In this document: in pieces, positions 25,334 through 35,181 of the stretch | How the letters are laid out: each line of letters begins with the position of its first letter | How positions within the stretch are numbered: position 1 is the first letter of the stretch | Virus record (IMG/VR): IMGVR_UViG_3300010052_000154 | Location: 1 to 64,000 of that record | Reading direction: 5' to 3' (one strand) | Origin: a virus | Lineage: Duplodnaviria > Caudoviricetes | DNA: 64,000 nt | Notes under the pieces: model-generated | What the model saw: the letters and a program-made list of their open reading frames with translations, nothing else | What the model was told of the DNA's origin: nothing | Databases searched by the model: none | Position numbers and translations under genes: made by a program

Positions 25334-25860
25334 CAGCGCACCACGCCGACGACGGAGGTGCTGCCGCCGCGCTTTAGGAGCGGGGCAAGCGCGAGATCAA
25401 TCGCCGTGAAGCGCGGCGCGACCGGCGTGTTCTTGTCATACGTCGTCGAGATCGGCCCAACGGTCTCGCTCAAGATCGCGCGGGTCTGATCGGGGATGAG
25501 TTCGACGCCGGCGCCGAGGCGAAGCATCAGCTCCGACTGCGCGTCGCCAACTTCGCGCGGCACGAAGTTGGCGGGGTAGTAGGCCACGCTCGCCCCGTAG
25601 CCGGTCGGCGCGTCCTTGATCGGAACCAGGGTGCGCGGCCAGTCGAGCGCCTGGGCCAGGCTGACCCGCTGACCGGCCCAGCGCATCCGATAGCGCTGGG
25701 TCATCGCCGCCGTCGCGCGCCGGGCGTCCTGCTCAAGCTGCTGGTCCGACTTGCCCGCGTAGCTGAAGCCCATGGCGTCGCAGTACGCCTTGTGGTCAGC
25801 CACGGAGCGGTAGGCCTCGGCGTTGACCAGGCCGGAGCCGTTCTCGACGATGAGGGCCAT
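25330..25860 (-). CDS. Head-tail adaptor (DnaT-like ssDNA-binding family)
   Basis: MALIVENGSG..NAEAY.SV and QALDWPR motifs. Confidence 0.8.
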   Translation of the reverse strand: MALIVENGSGLVNAEAYRSVADHKAYCDAMGFSYAGKSDQQLEQDARRATAAMTQRYRMRWAGQRVSLAQALDWPRTLVPIKDAPTGYGASVAYYPANFVPREVGDAQSELMLRLGAGVELIPDQTRAILSETVGPISTTYDKNTPVAPRFTAIDLALAPLLKRGGSTSVVGVVRC

Positions 25861-26045
25861 CAGTCTTCGAGCTCCACCAAGAGGTCCGCCGCGTAAGTTT
25901 CGAGGAGCGGGCGAGCGCTCTGGATCGCGCTCTGCAGTTCATCCAGAGCCAAGCGCCGAACCAGAGGGTCGGAGACGCCCTCGACAGCGTTGGAAAGCGA
26001 TAAGACTGCGACGAGTTGGGCCTTTAGCTCCTGCACCTCGGTCAC
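25860..26045 (-). CDS. Small hypothetical protein
   Basis: GTG at 26045 overlaps the upstream TGA. Confidence 0.5.
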   Translation of the reverse strand: MTEVQELKAQLVAVLSLSNAVEGVSDPLVRRLALDELQSAIQSARPLLETYAADLLVELED

Positions 26046-26473
26046 CTGGCCGCCCCCACCATCGCGATGCCGCGAATGGTCTGAAGCTTCTCCTCGAACC
26101 ACGCTTGGCGGGCCGAACCCGAGAGATCGTCGTGCCACATGCGGACCGTGCCGTCGGCGGTCACCACGATCACAGCAGTGAGGACGCCTGCCCCCATCGC
26201 GTCCTGCGCTGATCGCAGAACCCTACGCTGGGCCAAGCTCTCGTCCGCTAGATCGCGATCGATGAAATCCCCCCCCTCGACGTCGGCCGGGATCTGAGGC
26301 GCTTCGGGGAGCCGCCGACGCCAGTCATTCGGGCTGTGGTCCACCGGCACATTGCAGGAGGCGCACTCCACCGCGCCGTCAGCGCGCAGGTAGTGCGTCA
26401 GACACCCGCACGGGCATCGAAGGATAAGCGCCGGGTCGATCCGCGCGGGAAAGTCGACGACGTTGTTCGACAT
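26042..26473 (-). CDS. Hypothetical zinc-ribbon protein
   Basis: CPCGC...CASC motif, ATG at 26473. Confidence 0.6.
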   Translation of the reverse strand: MSNNVVDFPARIDPALILRCPCGCLTHYLRADGAVECASCNVPVDHSPNDWRRRLPEAPQIPADVEGGDFIDRDLADESLAQRRVLRSAQDAMGAGVLTAVIVVTADGTVRMWHDDLSGSARQAWFEEKLQTIRGIAMVGAAR

Positions 26474-26477
26474 TCGA

Positions 26478-26792
26478 CTAGGCCAGCGCCTTCGCCGCCA
26501 CCTTCGAGCCCACCGGCGCCATGAGCGGCTGGCTCCACTGGCCCGCCGCGATAGGCACTGCAGCCGAGGTCGCCGCGCCTTCGGCGGTAGCGGCGGCGTC
26601 AGGCGTTGGGCCGAACGCCACCAGGACCGCGCTGGCCTCGGCGTTGAAGACGAGGATAGCCTCGCCGTCCCGGCTGGCGCCGGTCGTGGTGCCGTCCAGC
26701 GCCAAGGCCTCGCGCGCCCGCACCGCCCCAATGCCGGGCGCATGGATCGAACCAACGCCCTTAGGCGTGAAGAAGGTCACGTGCACGGCCAC
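26478..26792 (-). CDS. Conserved phage hypothetical protein (head region)
   Basis: Protein-like ORF in the head operon. Confidence 0.6.
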   Translation of the reverse strand: MAVHVTFFTPKGVGSIHAPGIGAVRAREALALDGTTTGASRDGEAILVFNAEASAVLVAFGPTPDAAATAEGAATSAAVPIAAGQWSQPLMAPVGSKVAAKALA

Positions 26793-26821
26793 GGGCGGCT
26801 CCTAGTGCTGACGGGTGGGGC

Positions 26822-27409
26822 TTAAGCTTCGTCGCCGACCAGCGGGCGGCCCCGCTTCTGGCGCTCGGCGTTACGCTGGGCCAGGAGATCGGCCTTCGAC
26901 GCCTTCGGGTCGAACTCGATCTCCATGGCGGCGAGATCGGCCTGGATCTCGGCGACGGTCAGCTTGGCGGTGCGCGCGTGGGCTTCGTCGCTGTAGTCGT
27001 GCTTGGACGCCGGCGGGAGTTGCTGGCCGTCGGCCGTGGCGCCGCTGACCTGGTGGCCCGGCTCGGCATGTCCGGTCCGTTCGTCGACGGCGGTCGTCAC
27101 CGCAGCGGCCTCGAGCGCGGCGGTCAGTTCGGTGATCTTTTGATCGCGAGCCTCGATCTGCTGGTCGCGCTCAGCGATGGTCGCGGACAGCTCTGCGATC
27201 TTCGCCGTCAGCGTCTCGAGCTCCTCGTCACGCAGTTCGACGGCGGTGCTGGTCGCGGACAGGCCCGCGATCAAGTCGAATGGCCCTTCGCCCGCCGGCA
27301 GGCGCTCGCCTTCGAGCAACTCGTGGACGTCCGGATCGTAGTCCGCGACGTTGATAGTGACGAAGGCGCCCTGGCCCTTGCCCCAGGGCTTCACGTTGAT
27401 GGTGCGCAT
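26822..27409 (-). CDS. HeH/LEM-like domain head-associated protein
   Basis: C-terminal LTVAEIQADL...IEFDPKASKADLL motif. Confidence 0.7.
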   Translation of the reverse strand: MRTINVKPWGKGQGAFVTINVADYDPDVHELLEGERLPAGEGPFDLIAGLSATSTAVELRDEELETLTAKIAELSATIAERDQQIEARDQKITELTAALEAAAVTTAVDERTGHAEPGHQVSGATADGQQLPPASKHDYSDEAHARTAKLTVAEIQADLAAMEIEFDPKASKADLLAQRNAERQKRGRPLVGDEA

Positions 27410-27464
27410 GTCGGGGTGCTCCCTGTTTCCTCAGAGCGGCCTGCGGGTTGCGGGCGGCTGTGAC

Positions 27465-27494
27465 GAAACAGGGCCGGCGGTGACGCCGGCCCTG
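27465..27494 (-). terminator. Intrinsic terminator after the capsid gene
   Basis: CAGGGCCGGC/GCCGGCCCTG 10-bp hairpin plus TTTC. Confidence 0.6.
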
Positions 27495-27510
27495 CTGAAG
27501 GTCGGTCGGC

Positions 27511-28677
27511 CTAGCCCAGCATCGCCCCGGCGTGACGCGGCGCGATGAGCCTCTGCCCCCACGCCAGGTTCACTTCGTAGCGGAGCTGGCGCTTCTGGCG
27601 GTACAGGCAGAACTCGTACGTGATCAGCGACACCGGATCGGTGAGCATCAGCACGTCGTCGGCACTGTCGCCGCCCTCCGGCATGGCCGGGGCGCGGGTG
27701 GCCAGCTGCACCGCAGTCCGCTGGAAGAACATGTCGCGGCGGGCGGTGCCGACCACGGTGATGTTCGTCGCCGCCGCCGGAATGGCCTGGATCAGGCCCG
27801 GTTCGGCGAGCGTGATCGTGCCGCCGTTCGACACGTCGGCGTCACCGGCCACCACCAGATACTTGCGCGGGTCACCGGCGAACGAGATGAAATCGCCCGC
27901 GAGGACGGTGCCGGTGCCGGCGTTGGCCAGCGTGATCTGGACGGCGCCAGCGGCGTAGCCGGCAGCGTTCGTGGTGGCAGAAGCGCCGGTGCCGGCGGTG
28001 ACCGGCAGCTTGCCGGCCGCGGTCTTGTGGACCTGGAAGCCCTCGACCTCACCGACGACGCCTTTGCGCAGCAGGTCGTCCGTCCCGGCTTCGTTGACCT
28101 TGAAGAGCACAGACTGCGTGCCGCTCAGATTGCGGTAGCCGGCCGAACCGAGAACCATGTGGCGATCCGCGTCCGGCGCGCCGTTCTCGTCCAGCAGCTC
28201 GTTCGCGCGAGCGAAGTCCGAAAGGTCGCCCGCGATGCCGAACGGGGTGGTGCCCGCCGTACCGACCGCGCGGCTCACCGACTTGTACATCTCGGTATAG
28301 ACGTCGGCTTCGACCTCGTTGGTCAGGGTGCGGAGGGCCTGGGCGATCCGGTCGCGGTTGACGGTCCCGAGGGTGCCTCCCGATTGCAGGCCCTTGGTCT
28401 CCTCGCCGTTGATGCCGAAGGGCACCGACCGGGCTTTCGTGATGGTCATATCGACCTTGCCGATCGTTTGGTTGGGCGGGTTGCCGGCCACGTTGCCGAC
28501 GGTCAGGTCCTCGGCCTGCATGGCGCCGACGACCGGCGAGGAGATCGTTTGGCCGACGGCGGCCCGTTCGGCGGAGAAGTCCTGCGAAACGGCGCCGATC
28601 AGACCCACTTTCTCGCGGGAGACGACGTCGAAGGCTTCGTAGATGGTCGGAATGAGACCATTGAGGGTCAGGCCCAT
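27511..28677 (-). CDS. Major capsid protein, P22 coat (gp5)-like
   Basis: 388 aa after the scaffold gene, P22-coat-like features with an inserted beta domain (GTVLAGDFISFAG). Confidence 0.88.
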   Translation of the reverse strand: MGLTLNGLIPTIYEAFDVVSREKVGLIGAVSQDFSAERAAVGQTISSPVVGAMQAEDLTVGNVAGNPPNQTIGKVDMTITKARSVPFGINGEETKGLQSGGTLGTVNRDRIAQALRTLTNEVEADVYTEMYKSVSRAVGTAGTTPFGIAGDLSDFARANELLDENGAPDADRHMVLGSAGYRNLSGTQSVLFKVNEAGTDDLLRKGVVGEVEGFQVHKTAAGKLPVTAGTGASATTNAAGYAAGAVQITLANAGTGTVLAGDFISFAGDPRKYLVVAGDADVSNGGTITLAEPGLIQAIPAAATNITVVGTARRDMFFQRTAVQLATRAPAMPEGGDSADDVLMLTDPVSLITYEFCLYRQKRQLRYEVNLAWGQRLIAPRHAGAMLG

Positions 28678-28790
28678 CGTGGGGTCCTTTCAGTTCTGGA
28701 TTGTGGGGGAGCAGGTGGCGGATGGCCGCCGGGGGTTTGGGCCATCCGACCCGGGCGCCGTCCCCCATCCAGGGGCTCGGCAGAACTCGA

Positions 28791-29618
28791 TCAGGCGTCG
28801 GTGAGCGTGAGCTTCCCGGCGCGCATCTCTCCGGCCTTCGCGGCCTTGTCCGCGGGCGACAGGGCGTCGAACTGGCTGCGGCTCATGGTGGCCTTGCCGG
28901 ACTGACCGCCGTTGCCGTTCCCGGCACCGCCACCGGAACCCATTTGCCCCTTCAGGATTTGGTCGCGATGGGGGTAGCTGCTGACCAACTCCTCGAGCGC
29001 CTCGTCGAACTCGGCGAGGTTTCCGGGACTGGCGCGGCTGTAGATTTTCTTGCCGGCGGCGTCGTAGGCGACGAGGCGGTTGTCCTCGACCTTGAAGTTG
29101 CGGCCGAACTGCGCCTGCATCAGATCGACCGGCACGGCGATCTTCTCGGAGATGAACTTCGAGCGGTTGAACCCGCCGCCGATCAGCTCGCCGTGGAACG
29201 CCGAGGTGACGGCGTCGCGCTCGTCCGAGATCTTCTTGATCTCCTCGTCCTTCGCCTTCACGGCGGCGGCGACCTGCTCTTCAGCGGCGCGCTTGGCGGC
29301 TTCGGTGATTTCCTTGATCTGAGCGGCGGTCTTGATATCCCCGCTGGCCAGGCTCTTCACGGTCTCCAGGGCCGTGCGCGCGGCGTCGGCGTCCTCGATG
29401 CCGTCGAAGGCCTTGAGCGCAGCCTCGGCCGCCTCTTTCTCCTGCCGGTGGCGCATGGCCTCGCCGTTCAGCGCGGTGACCTTGGACACCGTAGAGGGGG
29501 CGTCGAACCCGATCTCCTTGCCGTCCTCATGGACGTAAACGGGCAGTCCCGCGCTATCGAGGACAGCCAGGGTCACGGTCTTGCCGTCGACCTGCACGTC
29601 GATGGTCTTGAGCTTCAT
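28791..29618 (-). CDS. Capsid scaffolding protein (DUF6651-like)
   Basis: LPVYVHEDGKEIGFDA, KIYSRASPGNLAEFDEAL, and a Gly-rich tail. Confidence 0.85.
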   Translation of the reverse strand: MKLKTIDVQVDGKTVTLAVLDSAGLPVYVHEDGKEIGFDAPSTVSKVTALNGEAMRHRQEKEAAEAALKAFDGIEDADAARTALETVKSLASGDIKTAAQIKEITEAAKRAAEEQVAAAVKAKDEEIKKISDERDAVTSAFHGELIGGGFNRSKFISEKIAVPVDLMQAQFGRNFKVEDNRLVAYDAAGKKIYSRASPGNLAEFDEALEELVSSYPHRDQILKGQMGSGGGAGNGNGGQSGKATMSRSQFDALSPADKAAKAGEMRAGKLTLTDA

Positions 29619-29696
29619 GGTGGTGCTTTCTCCGGCATCCGCCGGCGGCTATGGGCCTCCGGCCCGGGCGCCCTGCCCGTCCTGGGCGCGGGCATG

Positions 29697-29722
29697 AAAA
29701 AACCCGCCTGGGTGGGCGGGTT
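29697..29722 (-). terminator. Terminator-like hairpin before the scaffold gene
   Basis: AACCCGCC/GGCGGGTT hairpin followed by a T run. Confidence 0.55.
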
Positions 29723-29916
29723 GTGGTGGTGCTGGCGAGGGTCGCCCCGCCTATTGGTCCGGGCTTCCCACCTTCGGCGCTGCATGGCGCCCTCCCTGCC
29801 CGGTGTCATGCAGGGAAGAGGAACCTCGGCGCGGCGATACGATCAGGATGGGCTTTGCGGTCGCGCCCGGGCGACCGTGGAAACGCCGAGGCTCCCAAGA
29901 GTTCGGCGCGCCCCGA

Positions 29917-30168
29917 CTACGACGTCTGGGGCGTGATCTTTCCGCGGGCCAAGCACGAGGCGCAGACCCAGATATCGGAGCCCCCGGTGATCCGGAGGCG
30001 TTCGTCTTCGAAGGCGCCCTGTCGGACCTTGATGAGTGCGCGGGTACGGACACCGATGGCGGTCTCGCAGACCCGGCATTCCCAAAACCGGAGCGACTTG
30101 GCCTTGCGGTTGCGCTTGGGCTTGGCCGGCTGGCCGCCTTCGATGACGCGCAGCCGGCTGTTCGTCAC
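29917..30168 (-). CDS. Small zinc-finger hypothetical protein
   Basis: CRVC...CASC, GTG overlaps the upstream stop. Confidence 0.55.
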   Translation of the reverse strand: MTNSRLRVIEGGQPAKPKRNRKAKSLRFWECRVCETAIGVRTRALIKVRQGAFEDERLRITGGSDIWVCASCLARGKITPQTS

Positions 30169-30332
30169 GCGGCGGCTTGCTCGACCTCTGCCCGGACCTC
30201 GTCCCGGTTCGCCTCGGGATGCAGGCGCATGTAGTCGTCCACGGCGTCGTCGACACCGTAGTCATCCACCATCCGCCGGCCGTTCAGCAACATCCTGGTC
30301 GGCGTGTAGTTCTGGCGATGGTCCGCCGTCAT
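30165..30332 (-). CDS. Small acidic protein, candidate immunity protein for the MuF-ART
   Basis: 55 aa, ATGA overlap with the MuF stop. Confidence 0.5.
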   Translation of the reverse strand: MTADHRQNYTPTRMLLNGRRMVDDYGVDDAVDDYMRLHPEANRDEVRAEVEQAAA

Positions 30333-31993
30333 TCCACGACCTCGAGCACGATGGTCCGGTAGATAAGGTTGTCGACCACATCTACCAGCTTCTCGGCGAC
30401 ACGATACTTCAGGCCGAGCGGAAACAGAACCTCCTCCTCCCCAGGGTTGAGCGAGAGGGGTTCGATGTAGGCGCCGCGGCCCGGATTGCGGATCTCCAGC
30501 AGCAGCCTTGTCGCCCCGCTCCAGGACTGCGCGAAGCCCTTGCTGCGGCTGAAGCTCAGGAGCTGGTTGCCGAGGTCGAGTTCCTCGCCAGCGACGGCGC
30601 GATCCCAGAACCGCTCGGCGACGTCGGCGCGTTTGGCCGGCGCCCGCCACACCGGCGAGGTCTCCTGCGGCAACTCGTCTGCGCCGCGCGAGGCCAGGGC
30701 CGTGAACTGCCGGTCCTCAAGGGTGAAGCCGCCCTCCCGCATGCGGCGGTTGATCGGCCCATACCCCTGGCCGGTGTAGTAGCGGATCGCCGAGAGGTCT
30801 TCGGCCTTGGCGTTCCAACTCTCGTCCTCGGCAATTTCCTTCACCCTGGCCTTGTGCCGGGCCGCTGTTCCCCCATCGCCCCACAGGCGCTCCAGGAGGG
30901 CGTTCTGGGCCTTCGGGTCGGCCAGGAACTTGGCGATCTCGTCCTTCGGCACGCCCGGTGGCGGCTTGATCGGCAGGTCCAGCCCTGATTCCGCGAAGGC
31001 CTCCGCATCCCGCTGGCGAAGCTGGGCCAGGGAGAGCGTCTTGCCCCCCTCATCGACGAAGCGCTCGACCTTGAGCCCCCCGGTGCGGAACAGCGCGCCA
31101 CGAGCCGGGCCAAGGATGTCGTCTTGCACCTTCACCGGCTGGCGGCCGAGCCACTCGGCGTAGGACATCGTCTTCATCGGGGCGACGCCGGCGATGTCGC
31201 GGATCTTCGGCCGCATCGTGGAGCGGCAGTTGATGTGCGCCGGCGGCCGCGGGCCCTTGTCGATCGGGAAGACCTGCTCCGACCGCGAGATGCAGACTAG
31301 CGAGGTCCGGCCGTCCAGCGTCGAGGTCCAGATCAGGCCGAGGATGACGTCGGCGTGGGCCTCCCAGGTCTTCTGGTGGGCCACGGTGCTCGTGTGCGTG
31401 ATCGCCGTGCGGACCATCGCCTCGGCGCCGCGGCGGGACACCTCCATGATCCCGTCGCGGTACTGGTTGGCGCGCGTGCCCCGCAGGCTGCGCACGATCT
31501 GATCGGTCGTCCGCCCCTCGACGAACCCCTGGCGGATCGTCTCACGCACGCGGGTGGCGGCGCCCTCCTCCGCCCCGGCCAGCCATTCCCGGAGCAGCCG
31601 CCCCTGGAATGGCCGTGCCCGGACGGCCCCCATAACTTGGTCCACCGCCGGAGCAGCGCTGGAAATCTGCACCCCGGCCGCGCGCGCCGCGACGCGCGCG
31701 ACGTTCTGGGCGAAGTCCACCTCGACCTCGGACAGCGCCGTGAGGTCGGCCTCGAACGCGGGTCGCACGAGGGCCCATCCGGCGGCCTGGATCTCGCGCA
31801 CTGCGGTCAGGAGCTGCGCCAGCCGCCGACCGGCGACCGTCTCGCCAGCCTCCTCCGCTATCCGCTCCACGACGGACGCCTCGGTGCGATTGAGCAGCGC
31901 CAGCATGCGGCGGACGAGCGTGGTCGAGTACCGGCTCAGGCCGATACGGTGGCGCACCACCTGGTCGTGGATGCGCTCGGCCGTCGTCGCCAT
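30329..31993 (-). CDS. MuF/SPP1 gp7-like minor head protein with C-terminal ADP-ribosyltransferase domain
   Basis: MuF motifs (TLDGRTSLVC, PPAHINCRS), then YYTGQGYGPINRRMR, VWR, SFS and EEEVL (R-S-E clade). Confidence 0.88.
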   Translation of the reverse strand: MATTAERIHDQVVRHRIGLSRYSTTLVRRMLALLNRTEASVVERIAEEAGETVAGRRLAQLLTAVREIQAAGWALVRPAFEADLTALSEVEVDFAQNVARVAARAAGVQISSAAPAVDQVMGAVRARPFQGRLLREWLAGAEEGAATRVRETIRQGFVEGRTTDQIVRSLRGTRANQYRDGIMEVSRRGAEAMVRTAITHTSTVAHQKTWEAHADVILGLIWTSTLDGRTSLVCISRSEQVFPIDKGPRPPAHINCRSTMRPKIRDIAGVAPMKTMSYAEWLGRQPVKVQDDILGPARGALFRTGGLKVERFVDEGGKTLSLAQLRQRDAEAFAESGLDLPIKPPPGVPKDEIAKFLADPKAQNALLERLWGDGGTAARHKARVKEIAEDESWNAKAEDLSAIRYYTGQGYGPINRRMREGGFTLEDRQFTALASRGADELPQETSPVWRAPAKRADVAERFWDRAVAGEELDLGNQLLSFSRSKGFAQSWSGATRLLLEIRNPGRGAYIEPLSLNPGEEEVLFPLGLKYRVAEKLVDVVDNLIYRTIVLEVVE

Positions 31994-31998
31994 GTGGG

Positions 31999-33474
31999 TT
32001 AGGCGGCGACGTCCGGGTTCAGCGGATCGTCCTCGACGTCACCATCGTCGGTGTGGGTGCCGAGACCTGGCCCCTCCGCCTCGACGCGTTCGATCTCCTG
32101 GTCGGCGTCGACCTCCGGCGCGAGTTCGCCGCGCCGCTTGAGCTCGTTGATCGCGGTGGCCTTCGAGAGCAGACCGCTCTGCTGCATCGACAGGATCAAC
32201 TGGCCGCTCGCCAGGCCGAGCACGACGGCGCCGAAGTCCTTGAAGAGCGTGACGTTGCCGCCGGATTTCAGGCCGCCAAGCTCGGCGAGGAGTTGCAGCG
32301 CCTGGTCGAGGCTGTCCTCGAACCCTTCGGCGATCCGCTGGAGGTCCGACTTGTTCGCCTCGTTGTCGTTGGCTGATTCCGTGGCGGTGCGCGTGCCCGG
32401 CCGCTTCTCCAGCAGCTCGGCGCCGGCCTGGATCATCTGCTGTTCGAGGTCCTGCAGGCTTTCCTTGCCCGCACCGATCCCCTCACCGGAATGCTCGACG
32501 AACTTGAGGTCGGCTTCGGTCGACGTCGTCTTCACCGCCGTGGCGACGCCGACCACGATGTCGTCGTCCTCCTGGAAGCCCTTGCCAAACAGGATCGGGA
32601 CGCGAGCGACGTGTAGGATGTTGTCCTGGTCGCTCTGGCTCTGCCAGTGCTTCACGTTGAGGTAGGCGAGGTCCAGGAGAGGCGAGACGCCCATCATGAA
32701 GCCCAGCCGCGTGCCGTAGATCGGGACGAAGGGGATGCGGTTGAGCGTCGTGGTGCCGCTGTCGGCGATTACCCACTCCTCCGACCTCTCAGCCTTTTCG
32801 TACGTGGCCCACCGGCCGGGCTCCAGCACCCGGACGCGCTCGACCTCCTTTTCGCCCCACTCGCCATCGTCACGGGTCTCGCACTCCAGGATGCGCAGCT
32901 GGACCAGGGTCGCCACGCCGTCGACGCGCTTGATCTTCCAGCCCAGGATCTGGTTGTGCATGACCCGAACGAAGTACGGGCGGACGCCCGCGGCCTTTTC
33001 GTCTGCACGGGTGATGTTGGCGGCGACGCCGACGATGGGCTTCGGCGCCTCGACGAGGATGCCGCACAGCCCGTAGGCCAGCGCCTCGAGGGCCATTTCG
33101 CTCGCCAGGGTGAGCAGGTTGACGCCCTCGCGGTCGATGTCGTCGGCCCAGCCGGAGACGCCGACGATCGGTGGCGTGGCGTTTGGATCGGCGGTGCGCC
33201 CACAGATCTCGACCGGGGTCTCCGGCGAATAGGTGAGCGGCCGCGCGAAGGGCTTGGCGGCCATGACCTTCGCGGTGCGCCGGAAGGCCGGGAACAGCGT
33301 CGCCTGCGCCAGGCGCGCCTTGTACGCGTCCGGATCCTCGTTCGGAAACTTCGGCAGGAACTTCTCGCCGGCCGCGCGCATCGCACCAGTGCCCGCCATC
33401 AGCGCTTCGAGCATGGGCCAGTGCTCGGCCATCGTCGCGACGGCCGCCGACCTATCGTTGACCTTGGCCGCCAT
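31999..33474 (-). CDS. Portal protein (DUF4055-like)
   Basis: YKARLAQATLFPAF, PLLDLAYLNVKHWQSQSD, position after TerL. Confidence 0.88.
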   Translation of the reverse strand: MAAKVNDRSAAVATMAEHWPMLEALMAGTGAMRAAGEKFLPKFPNEDPDAYKARLAQATLFPAFRRTAKVMAAKPFARPLTYSPETPVEICGRTADPNATPPIVGVSGWADDIDREGVNLLTLASEMALEALAYGLCGILVEAPKPIVGVAANITRADEKAAGVRPYFVRVMHNQILGWKIKRVDGVATLVQLRILECETRDDGEWGEKEVERVRVLEPGRWATYEKAERSEEWVIADSGTTTLNRIPFVPIYGTRLGFMMGVSPLLDLAYLNVKHWQSQSDQDNILHVARVPILFGKGFQEDDDIVVGVATAVKTTSTEADLKFVEHSGEGIGAGKESLQDLEQQMIQAGAELLEKRPGTRTATESANDNEANKSDLQRIAEGFEDSLDQALQLLAELGGLKSGGNVTLFKDFGAVVLGLASGQLILSMQQSGLLSKATAINELKRRGELAPEVDADQEIERVEAEGPGLGTHTDDGDVEDDPLNPDVAA

Positions 33475-33477
33475 GGG

Positions 33478-35181
33478 CTAGACCCGGAACCCCGAGACGG
33501 TCGCCTTGGGCGGCGGCGGCGCGAGCGCCAGCTCGTTCAGCCCATCGGCGAACGCATCGACCTGATCGTCGTACGTCCCGGCAGGGAACGTGCAGACCTC
33601 GTTCATGAAAGCCTCATTCCAATCGCCGCGGAGCAGCTTGACGTTACCGACCTCGGCCTGGGCCGATGCGGGGGTTGCGCGGGTCACCTTGTCGCCGGTC
33701 GGCGGAATTGCCTTCACGGCGTAACCGGCAAGCTCTGTGATGAAGGTCAGCGCCTGGGCTTTGCCGGCCTGGGCTGGGTCCTGCGGGATGCGGACGGTCG
33801 TTCCCTTCGGATCCTGGCTGGCGACCGCCTTCAGGAGGCGCTGCACACCGGCCGGGCCGAGGCGGTCACGGACGACGTCGACGACGTAGAACACCCCATC
33901 TTCGTCCCGGGTGATCTTGAGGCCGACGGTGTAGTCCCCGGCGCCCTCGGTGGCGCCGAAGTCCCACGCGCGCACCCAGCGCTTGCAGCTTGCGGGCAGG
34001 ACATCGACGACCTGGAACCAGGCCCGCTTGAAGAGACCGCCTTCGCGGGGCGCGGGCCGTTGCTGGTACTGGCCGGCCCAGGCGTACTCGCCCTTGAGCT
34101 TCTTGAGCCGGTCGACCTCGGCGCGTGGGAAGCGCTCGGGGAAGAGCAGCTCCCCGTCGACGGTCCGTGGGTCCTCGAAGAAGAGACGCCCTCGGATGAA
34201 GGTCTGGCAGGGCCCGCCCGACCGCTGGCCTGTTTCAGGATCGATCCGCTCGGCCTCGAACTCCATCGGGAGGCAGAGGTGAACGAACCCGACGTCGAGC
34301 CCGATGATTGCGCCGGAGACGTCTTTCTCATGCAGGCGCTGCATGATGATGACGGTGGCGCTGCGCTGCAGGTCGTTGAGACGGTCGGACGCGCCCTCGC
34401 GGTACTGCGTGACGGTCTTGGCCCGCTCGACGTCGCTCTCGGCCGTGGTGGTCGAATGCGGATCGTCGCAGATGAAGCGATCGCCACGGCCGCCGGTCAG
34501 CGACTTGAACGGACGGCAGTCGCGGACACCGCCCAGGCTGTTCTCGAAGAGGAACTCGCCCCACTTGGCGGTCTTCCTGACGAAGCTCTCGCGGTCCTCG
34601 CCCTCGCCCCACAGCGCCTGGTACTTGGGGCTCTCGATGATCTTCTTCGTCTTGCGGCTATCGCGCAGGACGTTGTCTTCGGAGTACGAAGTCGTCAGGT
34701 AGCGCAGGTCGGGCCGCTCGCACGGCCCCCACTCCCAGGCCGGCCAGAACACCGACACCGTGAGCGACTTCATCATCCCCGGAGGGACGTTGATCAGCAG
34801 GTTCTGGATCTCGCCACGGGTGACCGCCTCGAGGTGATCGCAGATCGCGCGGATCGCCCAGCCGCCGACAAACGGCGTGCCCGGCTCGACGACGCTCCAG
34901 AACTCCTGGATGAAGCCGTAGAGCGACTTGCAGCGCTCGCGGATCTTGGTCTCGTTGCGCTTGGCCTGCTTTCGCAGCAGCGCGGCGAGTTCGGCTTCCT
35001 TGAGCGCGAGGAGCTCGGCCTCAAGCGCATGCCGGCTCGTCCGCTCGGCGATGGTCCGATAGGCGTTCGGCCGATGCGCCTGGCCACGACAGCCCGGACG
35101 CCGCAGATCACGGCGGCGCGGGGCCAGGGGCGCCGGCGCGAGCGGTGCGACGCCCCCAAGGAGCCGACCCGTCCGCGTCAC
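33478..35181 (-). CDS. terL: Terminase large subunit
   Basis: INVPPGMMKS Walker A, FICDDPH Walker B, HDDQVDA-like YDDQVDAFAD nuclease motif. Start uncertain (GTG overlapping the terS stop). Confidence 0.92.
   Translation of the reverse strand: MTRTGRLLGGVAPLAPAPLAPRRRDLRRPGCRGQAHRPNAYRTIAERTSRHALEAELLALKEAELAALLRKQAKRNETKIRERCKSLYGFIQEFWSVVEPGTPFVGGWAIRAICDHLEAVTRGEIQNLLINVPPGMMKSLTVSVFWPAWEWGPCERPDLRYLTTSYSEDNVLRDSRKTKKIIESPKYQALWGEGEDRESFVRKTAKWGEFLFENSLGGVRDCRPFKSLTGGRGDRFICDDPHSTTTAESDVERAKTVTQYREGASDRLNDLQRSATVIIMQRLHEKDVSGAIIGLDVGFVHLCLPMEFEAERIDPETGQRSGGPCQTFIRGRLFFEDPRTVDGELLFPERFPRAEVDRLKKLKGEYAWAGQYQQRPAPREGGLFKRAWFQVVDVLPASCKRWVRAWDFGATEGAGDYTVGLKITRDEDGVFYVVDVVRDRLGPAGVQRLLKAVASQDPKGTTVRIPQDPAQAGKAQALTFITELAGYAVKAIPPTGDKVTRATPASAQAEVGNVKLLRGDWNEAFMNEVCTFPAGTYDDQVDAFADGLNELALAPPPPKATVSGFRV

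Noticed and set aside
35030-35181. Intron or frameshift at the terL 5' end (odd Pro/Arg-rich first 50 codons)
   Set aside because: The frame is open from a GTG overlapping the terS stop, so a disordered N-terminal extension is the simpler explanation. No splice or slippery signal was seen.
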